A stretch of 61,667 nucleotides of DNA. It comes from Perkinsus chesapeaki ATCC PRA-425. Lineage: Eukaryota > Protista > Perkinsozoa. Position numbers and translations under genes: made by a program. Positions 11,790-23,683 of this stretch are shown here, one piece after another. Numbering within the stretch: position 1 is the first letter of the stretch; the number at the start of each line of letters is the position of its first letter. A model generated the notes under the pieces. It was not told where the DNA came from, did no database searches, and worked only from the letters and a program-made list of their open reading frames with translations. The DNA lies in assembly GCA_013115145.1 (NCBI GenBank), contig JAAPAO010000151.1, forward strand, positions 1 to 61,667, read 5' to 3'.

Positions 11790-14700
11790 TGTTATTCGAA
11801 CTCGTTGGCTTCGTTCAAGTCCAATCTCAATTGCTCCATCAAAACAGGCTACCGGAAGGCTTCTAGTATTTCGAGGAATAACAATCTGAATAGGAGAGAA
11901 ATGCTTAGGGTGGGATTCGAACCCAGGAGAAGCCAGGGCCTGCAAACCAACTCTCAATGGTATTTCAAGGGTACGTGGAGAACGCTGAAGTGCACTTGTA
12001 GAAGTTATGAAACAACAAAGCTCGTCAAAACGTGATCCACTTAGCGTCATCACAAACCGTCAAATTCCATAGATTGAAAAAAACTAGTACTTCTAAACCA
12101 TCCATTTGGGTACACAGAATGGCTACTAGCAAGCCTGACTCTAAGGAGACCGGAAATGCCCAGTGGGAGGTGCCACCGTGAAGGCATACTCTCGGCCTTC
12201 AATTTCAAGTGACAGCTCAGAGAGATGGTTAATTATGAGAATAGAGATGACTCGACTAAGTTCAAGCGTTCGCCCCCAACATGAGGAGATCTTACTGCTG
12301 AATTTAAGATTGTATTTATCGATTAATGTATAGTAGTTAATTTCTCATATTAACTTCATGAATTTTTATACAGAATGTGCACGTTTTAAACCATCATCTC
12401 CTCTCACTGATTCGGCGGGTAAAGATTCTCAATACATTTACCCTTCTCTATACACTCGGATACATAAGTCAGCTTACCTCTATAGAGGCACTGGCAGGCA
12501 AAACTAATGGGCGTTGATTCAAACCGTGAGGCGCAATCGGTGTTATCATAATACACGGCACGTTGGGGGCGACCTGAAGGAGCACCAGAGATATCTGCCG
12601 CCTGTAGTATCGATATCTTTCAATTGAGGCCGTAATAATCGTAAATGCACGCCCTACAGTACGTCTTGATAGTCCAAGACGATATAGGAAAATATAACGC
12701 TATGAGACGTCGCTATTTTATGAAGTTTCATAAATTTGGTTACCATCCGAGATGAAAGGTTGACTTTTTCAATGTAACTCTTCAGCAGTATTGTGATCGG
12801 TGAAAATAGAAGTGATCTTACACACGTTAGAATAACAAAAATGATCGAAAGGAATGTCCGAAGCAGAGTGCAGCACTTCGAGGAATGTCCGAAGCAGAGT
12901 GCAGCACTTCGAGGAATGTCCGAAGCAGAGTGCAGCATATCGATGAGTGACAGGTAAATGTAACATCAAATGTTATTCAGAGAGATTGTCTTGTCCCTCT
13001 CGTCCGCATCTGCCACAATGAGTCGGAGTTAGTAATATATCGTACTACTCCTTATTAGGATATCTTATACTCCTATATCTCCATATCTTAGAGTGTAGAT
13101 ACTCAAGAATTTGTAATATGGAGTTACTAACTTCACAATAGAATTGTTTACTGACTACCGCGAAACGCTAAAGTTCCATAATCCCCGACGGTGCATCCCC
13201 AAAGCAGTTTGAAAAAGTGAATCTTTCACAAATCCAACATCGTCCTCTAGTTCAGACTCGTTCAGATTTCGGACATTATCCTCCCCTTTCTCACCAGAGA
13301 TCCACCAGCTGCCATGCTGTACGCACTAGATCCGCTCGGTGTGCAAATAATCAAACCATCGCCTTGGAACTGCGTAACGTATTTCCCATCCACAATGAAA
13401 TCAAACCGCTGCAATGCGGCTTTGGCTCCCCTGAGCTTCACCATAATCGATCAACTGGGCGTGCGCTTTTTACCTCGCTATCACGCACTCGTTCAGCACT
13501 TGCTGCTGCAATATAACTTTCTCAGTGACACCGTCAGTCCCCTCGGGAGCGTCTGATGCGTCGATGGGCGACCCGTCCGGACTTGTTCGAATTTTACTGA
13601 TAACTTCACAGCGAAGTCTTGAACGCATTGTGCAAAACACCTGTGGAGCAATAATCGATCACGTGATCGATTTCCATAAACCTTTTCGGAGTAAACATCA
13701 TTCGAAATACCTTATTGTACAGCAAAGTATCCGAGGCACACAACAGGAACTACGCCCAAGGAACTTCGTATACAGTGTAGACGAGGTGTCATGGTGTAGA
13801 CTCTACAACTATACCCATATATATGCCTAGATCTGGAACGTAAGAAGGTTCCCCATCGATCAGAAACGAGAAGCCATAATCGGACGAAATTGAAAACTAG
13901 TAACCTTACTAGGATTAATTTAAAATAAATTACTTTATAGGACTAAGTCTTCTATGAAGTTTTCCAATATGAACGATGTTCGACAGCAAAATGCTTGACG
14001 CCCTAAGATGGGAATGATCCCTCTTGAGGCTGCTGCCGAAAAGACGCCCCTATTGTCGACATCAGGGCACAGCCCTCCATCGTAGTTGTTCCTGTTTACC
14101 TTGGATTTGGCTTCGTCATCCGCTTTAAGGACATTTTCAATCGGCGCATCGAATACCTTATTCAGCAACTCACGATATCTACAAAGGGAAGATACGAAGA
14201 AATGCGAAGGAACTTTTCAACGGTTTGACACCTGAATAAAGGTTAATAAACTTAATTTATCAAACAAGCCGAATATTTCCTCGAATTTTAAGCCTTCAAT
14301 CGCTGTCAGCTTGCCGGAATACGGCAAGCCTCTGGCACCTACTGTGAACACCCTTCGTGCACGCAAACGCAACTCGCGTTACGCAAGTGATATGTTCGTC
14401 TTCGGTCATGCACTACCGGGACAGTTTATCGCGAGGGCAGTGTGTGATAAGCATCTTCGATTGGCTATCGTCGACGAGCCAGATTGAGGAGACTCTCCGC
14501 CGGAGTCTCCGGCCCGGAGACATATTAACATACTTTGTTTTAGTATCGTCGTTTTAACGAACTGCCCAAAGTGATAGCCATGCGAGGTATACTCCCACAT
14601 AAATTACAAACAGTAGCTCCGGAGGACGTAGACTGAACTGCGTTATGTTGCCGATACCATATTCAAAGTTCCCCGATCAATATTAGCTGCCTTTCAGTGA

Positions 14701-16905
14701 ATTGTCTCTAGAACCTGCTACATAAGGCATATTCTGGTACGAAAGATTTCGTAGACATGAATATATTCTTTCCACTTGAGAGGGATACACTTGTAGTCGA
14801 GCGACTTGAACAAAGACAATCCGAGATGGGACTCCCGTTCTGCAAATATCTGCATAAGTTGTCCCAGAATGAGCCAAGTCGTGTGCGTGTCCTCGTCTGA
14901 ATGCATGAGAGCCAAACCAGGAGTGTTCTCGTTACCAGAAACTCGTTAAAACTCCTTAAGACAGTGTTCTACCTCCTAGAGGACTCAATACATGTAGCTT
15001 AGCCTTCCCCATATGGCTTAACTGTCGATAGCGACCTTCTTTTACGAACATGGCATGTGCTCAGCTCAGAAATGTCAGTATAATAGTCACGACTCGGTCA
15101 TTTGCGGATCGTTTCAAGTTCCCATTTGAAATAATTCGTGAACCTTCATGTCTTACAGTCAGGCTCAGACTGGATAGATTCCCTCTGACTTTTCAAGTCA
15201 CAAGGGACCAGTAGGCTGATAAGCGTAGAATGTCGGGCCCGACAGTCTGTCAGAACCCACCAACCGTGTGCTAACCCGCCGCTGTTAGACTCGGTAAGTG
15301 CTCTCGACATCACATTTCCTGATACCCTATCCAGGTGTTGCATCAGTGGGGGCTCTGGAGGCAAAGGCCCGAGCCACCTGCGGTAGGTGACCTACCATGC
15401 AAGGGATGAGTGTCCATAGAGAGGAGAAATTAAAGGCAGTTGAAGGAGAGTGAATCTGTTGAGGGCCTTTCACCGCTTGGTGATATTTCAAAATACCATT
15501 CACCGCTTAGTTAGCACAGAACGACGTGCATGCACGCACATTTAAGCACGAGTCTCACCAGCAGATCATCATCTTTAGTTGTTGTTGTTGTAGCTGCAAA
15601 ACTAATGAATACAAAAAATAACGACTCCAATTCTATCACCCGATAGCCCGACTAGCTCATTTGTGAATCACAGTCTGTGATGCAGGCACACCAGCGGCTG
15701 CAAATTCGCAAAGTTCAGACTCAATTTTTTTACCCGGTATTCGCATTCTTAGTTTTCCAGAAGCAGACCAATAGCTTACTTTTCAAAGGAATGCGGTGTC
15801 AAAAACCCCAAACTCCCTAGGGCGAATGCCACTACTGGCGGAGGCATCAACGACACTATGTTCCCACGACGATACAGGTTATCAGCTGAAACAAGGAGAC
15901 ATCGTAATCCTAAGCGATCTTGCATCGTTAAAAATTCACTATCAGTGCGGAAATATCTGTTGAACAGATTCTGTTCGGCTTCCTCACCGATGAGGACTTG
16001 CGAGCTGGGCTTTCTCATTATTTTATACAGGACTTAAGTGTTTTGACTGGGTATTTTCCGTATTTTCCTCCAATTTTTCTCACGCTTGACTACAGATGTT
16101 GCCAGCCTCGAGCATATTTCTCGCACCGTTTCCTACATACATATTCCACATACAAGGTACTGTATTGATTAGGTGCTAGAGTTTTCTTAACTCACTGAGT
16201 CCACCACGTCGCGAAATCCCCTTATTTTTTCGAAACCATATTTCATATTTTCCATTTCTGTATTGATTCAATACTATTGAAGTGAAACCTTAACCAAGCG
16301 TCAAAATTACACAACAAAATTTTTTCTTATTTTCTTAAATATAAAAAGGATAAATGATAAAATTCCGGCAAAGAATTTCAGTACCATGAAGACTCACTTT
16401 CCAGCCACATGATGGTTCGCAAAACCGTTCCATCTCCTCCAAGGCAAATAACCAAATCGACCATAACAGGCTCACAATCGTACTCATCCGGATCGGTCAA
16501 CATAACTTGTTTTCCGTCACCCATGACCATGCGGACTCCCTGCGTTGAGAAGATGCAAGGTAACACAAGATTACAAGATTCACCTCTCCTCCATCGCCTT
16601 CAATACAGCGCTTTCGGCAACCGAGGCAGTGAAATCGCGAAAGCGGGCCGTGCTCTCGCTGCGCAGCAACTGAAAATACTATGCAGCAAAACCGGCAGAG
16701 AAATAACGGATAAATCGCTTCTGCCGGGATTCGAACCCGGGACCCACCGTCAGGATCATTCGGGTCCAACAAAACACTCAATCCTCGTTCGTCCTTCACC
16801 CAATCTGCCACTTCCACGAGCGCCTTAGTCGCTTCCTCATCTCCCCATTTTTTAGTTACCAAAACCGTCCGAGGCGGCGAGCTCCTGAAGAGGCCATCAG
16901 TCGAT
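11790..16905 (-). CDS. NADK: NAD kinase (copy B), multi-exon
   Basis: Exons encode [111 protein letters not shown] and ACFDG, which are NAD kinase motifs. First and last exons not resolved. Confidence 0.85.
12851..12937. repeat. 31-bp tandem repeat, 2.8 copies, in an NADK-B intron
   Basis: GGAATGTCCGAAGCAGAGTGCAGCACTTCGA at 12851, 12882 and 12913. Confidence 0.95.
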
Positions 16906-17522
16906 TAACCAGGCGGGGTCCAGTAGTGACAAATCCTCTTAGGAAATATAAGATTCCACCCTCTTGCGCACACCTCCAAGAATCTACAATATATTTCCAG
17001 ATTAGTCCAATACAGAGATTCTACGACCGCACAATATAGATTTGAAAACATACTCATACTAGGTCTTCGTAACGAAGTGGCGGAGCTCGCTCAGCTGCTA
17101 GTTTGCTCATTGTTAGTTCGTCATCGCTCGTCTAGTGCTTTGGCGGTGCGAGCGAATGATCAAATCGCGCAGAAACGATTTAGAGAAGAAGTCTTGGGTT
17201 CGAATCCCACAGGCTACATTTTTCTATCAAAAAAAATGTTTTCGCGCTTTTACTCGACACACGGGGTAGCTTTCTTAAAATTGCTAATTTTCTAGGCATC
17301 CCCAGAGAAAGGGGAGTCTTTTCGTTTATATACCATCAGCTAGTTTGCTCTGGTTAACGAGAAATAATTCGTACGCACGCACGGCGAAATGATCCATTTC
17401 CAGATAATAAGCTCCGCTCGCTTCGCTCGCTCCGCAATTTTAGCTCGCTGAAAAGGACCTCGGTTATCTCGATACTTGGATACCAATGAGATGTTCTAAT
17501 TAGCGCACTGTGGAGATTTCTC

Positions 17523-18857
17523 TCACCACGCCAATTTGATGCTTCTTCCATCTCGAACTGGATGACTTCTCGGTAACTGTGGTTCATCCGTCGGTGTATC
17601 TGGACCGTTCAAGCTGCTCTGCGATCGGGCCAGCCAGGCGATTCCCAGAATAAACTCCTCAATGTCGATGGTGCCGGACCTGGAAAAAGATACTGAAAAT
17701 CGATCACGTGATCGATTTTACCTGTCAATGTCGAACGCCTGGAATGCACTCAAATATGTCACTCTTGCTAAGGGAATGCTTGTGTGCTTCTCTGAAAAAA
17801 ACAACTTCTGAAATTTTCCGGATTTTCCCAAAAATATAAGATTTGATCAAGGAATTGGAAAACGTGAGTTTCGATTTAGCGTAATCCAGCAGAGCAAAAT
17901 CTCCGGAAAATTTCTGCCAAGGGAAATTTTTTCTCACCTCCGTAGTGGTCATAATTAAGGAAAAAATTGACCAAGGCATATCCGTTCTCAAAATCGACAG
18001 GATCCAGATGCTTTTTCCCGCGCGCCAGAGAATGGAAAATAGTCGCTAATCGATAAAGGGTTTCATAATTGAAGCCGGTACCTGGCGTTGAGGAAATGCA
18101 AGATTTAGCAAGATCAACAAAATCCTTACGTTGCTGTAGGGATGATACTACTTTCGCTTTATCAAGCCATTCTTGCAGTGCCTACCAGGGGAAAAATGCC
18201 GAAATTTTCCAAAAATTCCCAAAACCATGGAACGCGATAATGACTGATCAATTACAGCTAATTATTGAGCGGAAAAACCCGCCGGAATTTTGCGAAAATT
18301 TTGTCAATTTTCCCTTTCCGATGCACGCAAGGGAAGACGCGCCGACTTCTCCAGACTTCCAAAATAATTTCGAGTGCGAAGCTGACTGTTTCCGAGAAGA
18401 TATGTTCAGAGTAATTCATGAAAACCTAGCATGAAGCTAAGATACTCATACCGGCTTGAGCTCTGGTGAAATATTGCCATCAGGTGAGATTCCCGGAAGA
18501 TTTGCTTCCTGTGCTGCCTCGCGACAGAAATCGATGACCGACTTTGGAGTTAGCGAGCGAGCCAGTGCTGGACTTTTCTGAAAATGAAAAAATGAATGAA
18601 TATTATCAAGTATACCGGGACCGAGAATTGAACCCACGACCTCCCGCTTACTGTATCCTGCCATCCTTGAATCAACCCACTTCGCCGCGGAGTTTTCCTC
18701 TTCCCCTCCGCTCGTGGACTCACTTCCGCGGGTGAATCTGCGAAATCGATCATGTGATCGATTACAATCTTCACTTACTAGAAGTCTGATTTAACGGCAA
18801 AGGAGTCGGTATCGATGACGATGAAGACGGTGTCATATCCGGAGACTCCTCCGACAT
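17523..18857 (-). CDS. EF-hand calcium-binding protein (NCS/calcineurin-B-like), copy B, multi-exon
   Basis: ATG at 18857 (MSEESPD). Phase-consistent exons include LQQRTGFNYETLYRLATIFHSL and AFQAFDIDRSGTIDIEEFILGI (canonical EF loop). TGA at 17523-17525. Confidence 0.75.
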
Positions 18858-19018
18858 GGTGAAATCAGAACAGCTACAAAAAATAGGAAAACGGAAAATA
18901 CGATTAAATGCATGAGAAACCGTCACTGGGATTCGAACCTGCGGCTGTTATTAACCACAACTTCACGCAAGATTATGAAGCCTTGTAAATCTTTGATGAA
19001 TTGTATTTTACAAATAAA

Positions 19019-19094
19019 TCACACACAACCAGGAATTGAACCAGGGACCTTCCGATAGCCCCAAAAACAGTCAGGCGCTCCCCTATCTGAGCTC
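19019..19094 (-). tRNA. Degenerate full-length tRNA-like sequence (Tyr-like, extra bases at the canonical tRNA-intron site), overlapping the NADK-A stop codon; probably non-functional as a tRNA
   Basis: AGCTCAGATAGGGGAGCG-CCTGA-CTGT-ttttggggct-A-TCGGA-AGGTC-CCTGG-TTCAATT-CCTGG: A box, anticodon stem and B box are recognisable; the acceptor stem does not pair. Confidence 0.55.
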
Positions 19095-22000
19095 TCTTGC
19101 CCAATGCAATTTACTCCGCAAACTATGGAACCAATCATCCAAGTGTTGTGTTGTCGATACAAACGGTACCGGAGACATGCCTAACAGAACGAGAAATGTG
19201 ACTCATCCAGTCCACTCGGTCATCACCTTTAGAGAAAACGGAGAATTTAAAATCCAGATTCTTTAACAGACTCAACTTGCCTTCCTTACTATATCAAAAT
19301 CAACCAATAAATTTCCAAAAATTTTCCATGAAACTTTAAAAAATACTGCCTTATACAAAGTATTAAAATTTCCGGAAATTTTCCGAAATTTTCCCCAACG
19401 TACTTGTCGTTATCCGAACTCTGTTTCCCCTATTCAGCTCGATATTTGTTGCTCCATCAAAACTAGCAATCGGCAAGGTCCTCGATTCCTTCGGAATTCC
19501 AACCTGCAATCAAAAGGTCCCTGGTTCGAATCCCCCGGGAGGCATTTTTTACTTCAATTGTTGCTCCTGCTGGTAAAATCAATGGTCGCTGAGACAGGCC
19601 GTGCGGCGCTATCGGTGTTACCAGAATACAGGGCACATTTGGGGCAACCTGAAAAAATGGAAAATTCATGGTTTAATATCTACCTATTTTTTCAACAAGT
19701 TGTTCTACTTGTCGGTAAGGTAGAGTACCAGTCGTTCACCGAGGAAGTACTAGAGCGACGACCGTTACTTCTTCAGAAAATGAAAATTTTCAGTCGATTT
19801 CTCAAATTTTACATAAAATTTTCATCTATGAAGATCCTTGTTGGAGTTCGAGCATGAATGGCAAGCGAGATTCATGGAAAATGAGGAATTCTGAGATTGA
19901 AATGATTATCTGGACAATTGCCAGCCTTCCGCACTTCAATCATCTACAATCGGACAAAAGGGGGAATGTTTTGGAGATGCTAGGCAAGTCTGCTAAAATC
20001 GAACCTCCAACCGCGGTAAATCCACGTGAAGATCATCATGCTACCGTACCCCGGTTATGCTGGTTCGAAAAGTCATCAAACCTGCGAACTGCTCATCTTT
20101 ACTAAGCAGTGGGGCAAATTGAAAGATTGGAGAACATCACAGATTCGGAAGGCCTCAGTAATTTCCTTACCAGACTTCCACCAGCTGCCATGCTATATGC
20201 ACTCGAACCACTCGGTGTCGCTATTATCAATCCATCAGCTTGGTATTGGGTCATTAGTTGGCCGTCAACGTAGAAATCAAACTTGTGAAATGCTGATACG
20301 CATCCTCTAAGACAAAGGAAGAATATAATCGATCACGTGATCGATTTTGACAACTGATAAATGTTTAGAGCGTCTTGAATTTGTTTTACACAGATATCCA
20401 ATCTATGTTTGAATGTATACGTAGTCAAATAATTAGGGAGCCAGCTTTTGAACAGATACTGACTAGCAAACCTAAATCGATCACGTGATCGATTATCTTA
20501 CCTCGCAATCAAGCACTCGTTCAACACTCTGTGGATTCCAAGAACCTTTGGATCTTCCTCAGACTGGATCACTTCACATCGAAGTCGAGACCGAAGCGTG
20601 CAAAAAACTCTCTAAAAGTAAGGAATCTTAGCTTGAACCGTACAAGATACAAACTAGGTGAACTTTCTACCTTCTTTTTTGCTGCCTCGACATCTTTATC
20701 ATCTTTTCCCAGACAATCCTGTACCGGCGCAACTATCACTTGATTCAATAACGTCTTGAATCTACATTGCACCAAACAAAATGCATCCGAACTGCACCAG
20801 AATGACCTAATATACTTATGTCCTAAACAATATCATTTCATTTGCCCTGTTGTACCACACAACGAAGCTATTACAGTACCCGTCAACTGAGGACTGTATT
20901 TACTTCGCCGAGCTAGGCTGCGAAGTTTTAAACATAGAGGGTTTAATTTACGACAATTACATTGCGCACCTCTACATTGCTCAAAACAGTCCTTGGTGAC
21001 GGGTACTGTAACGCTCGCTTCGAAATGTGATCGCCAACGAACCGCCGCATGCTTGATTTAATTTCCCCTCCCAATCTACGACCTTACTACAGCTACTTTA
21101 ATTACAAATGATTCTCCCCGAGGCAGAATGACCGCGTGAAAGAGAAAATATTCCAAGTTAAATTGGCAATTCTGGCACGCGCAAAATTTTCGCTCGCCCA
21201 TATCAGTAACTAGGCATGAAACGGTTACAATATTTTGACAAGTGGGTCTGAACTACCATATGCGTAACATATCCGAAAATGAGCACTAAACTTGTTCCCG
21301 TTGTGAAGTAAGGATATTACTTCAAAATATTCTAAGTTTATTTGGAGGACTGTAGACCAGAGTTGGCCGAGGCGGCGCAAGTGAAGAATATTCTCTTTAC
21401 GTCTGTTCTGACTTTCTTTTTCACTATTCACGAATACTTCACATTATTTCTGCTATCAGATCATAATGGTACGATAAACACTTATAGGTTTACCGGTTTT
21501 ACTTTTTGACCTGAGTTATCCCTTATAACAATGTCCGAAGACACCTGCCGGCTACCTTCTCACCGACTCGATACAGAAGTCATACCATTCATTGCCGTGA
21601 GAAAATCGGTCGGAATTTTTCCGAAATTTTCCTTCCTTGCCAACAGACGACCACGTCGATATATTCGAGCAGGAAGTAGTTTTTGTAAATTACTTAACTC
21701 AGGTAAAAAACAATGCCAATCCTGTCCAGCTGCCGCATGCTGAGATTCAAGTCAGGAACCAACCGCAGCATGAAACAAATCGTCGAGCAATTACGATTTT
21801 TGAAAGGCAGCCTTCGCCCAGTAATTTCACCAATAAGCTCAACAACATATAGCTCTGAACACACCACGTATACTTTGGGCCGTGAACTGAACCAGCCATA
21901 AATTTACCCTTTCGATCAAAAAATCACACAAGACGCTGAAAAATGAAATTTATACTCTTCACCACGCCTGAAAGTGCTCATTCTCGACAGCGATATCCGC

Positions 22001-23355
22001 TAAATACGTTTTTTCTATCAGAATCGAACACACTGCAAATATAAATGATCGTGAATATCTCTCCCAACTTCCCACCTATCAAATGGATGGGGTGTCAGAA
22101 ATCCCAAGCTTCCCAAAGCAAATGCCACCACCGGAGGAGGCATCACAGTCATAGGTCGATTTCCTGGAGGGCTACCAACATCGGCCGGAGAGGCTGGTGC
22201 GTTTAGGTCATCAGCAGAAGCCGGGAGAGCTGAAAATTGACAAATAAAAAACGCTTCGCTCCGCTAGAATCACATTACTAACCCGGAAACAAGAAAAACT
22301 ACAATGAAAAAACGCTTCGCTCCGCTAAGATCACCGAATTTCTCGTTCTATGCATTATACGGTTTTGGCGTCTTTGGAACACATTTTGGAATTTGCTTTC
22401 TATTATATTCCTTTGCACTTTGATTTCTAGTTTTACCAACACTTCTCCCCGTGACATTGAAGAACAAATGTATTCAATTAAACACCCATTAAAAATGCCC
22501 CCACCAGGATTCGAACCCGCGTCGTCTTACATCGTCCTTCCTCCAACCAGTTGATAGTTCTCAATACCGTCCCATCTCCCCCGAGACACACAACCAAATC
22601 AACCATCAATTGCTGATCCGAATTCTGCTCAGTTGCCGACTCCGTATGATGCGAATCATTTTCATTTTCGATTCCATGAGGGGCAAATTCGGCGAATCTT
22701 CCACATCTAGCGGGTGCGATACCACCAACTGACAGATAGAAAGACCAAATCGATCACGCGATCGATTTAAAATGATGTTCAACTAAAATTCTTCTCTCTA
22801 CACGAATTCAATTACTGAGTGACTGATGATATATGAGAATCCCACAACATTTCTCACTCACACCACACCGCTCTCACCAATCTTAGCAACACGAATTTCA
22901 CGTGAAAAGTTGCCCTTGTAAAATTATTTAATCGATCAACCTCCAATCCGTGACAAGACTCCAAAGACCATCTTATTATTCGCAGAATAGTTACACACTA
23001 ACTCATACCAAAACGTAACATTTGACATACAGATATTCGATATTGGCTCCAACTGTCCACGCTTTAGTCTACCTTAAAATACAGTGCCCCAAGGTTTAAC
23101 ATTTTAAGTCAGAGTTAAATAAATATCTTTTCAAAAAGTGAAGTGCAAGCTTCAACCTCCCCCCGATATAGTACCATCCGGATCGTTAGGATCCATCACC
23201 ACACGAATGTCATACGCAGTTTTAAGCCATCTACCAACTTCAAGCAGAGCCGCCTTCGCTCGATTACTTCCCCATTTCTTTGTCACCAATATGACTTGCG
23301 GACGCGAGCTCCTGACAGAGAGAGTCACGCGCCACAAAATTCCGGACACCCTCAT
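19083..23355 (-). CDS. NADK: NAD kinase (copy A), multi-exon
   Basis: Exons encode [116 protein letters not shown] and [18 protein letters not shown]-stop. Start codon uncertain. Confidence 0.88.
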
Positions 23356-23683
23356 ATGTCTTATAATATTACATCTCCACACTAGCCAACAAGATATTAC
23401 TATTGAAGAGAAGAAAACCTCAAAAAGGGCTGAAAAGTCGTCAATTCTAGTCCGCTACAAATGACTATCGATGTACAATACTTCCCAAATCCGCGAGGAG
23501 GCACACAGCGGAACGCCCCTTCAAAGCTGCTCAAACGTGTTAGTCTTTATTATAAAGTAGTAGATAGTACCATACTATTACAATACTTAACACTTGATGA
23601 TGATATAATCCAGCTCACGATATCATTACCCAACATTGTCCAAATATCAATTATCACTGAATTACCTCCCCCCCCCCAAATTA

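Noticed and set aside
18010-18030. E2F-like site TTTTCCCGCGCGCC
   Set aside because: Falls in EF-hand B coding sequence (LARGK codons).
20045-20075. Additional B-box-like strings (CTGGTTCGAAA here; GTTCAAGTTC near 43240)
   Set aside because: No T-stem pairing or acceptor/terminator context; not counted.
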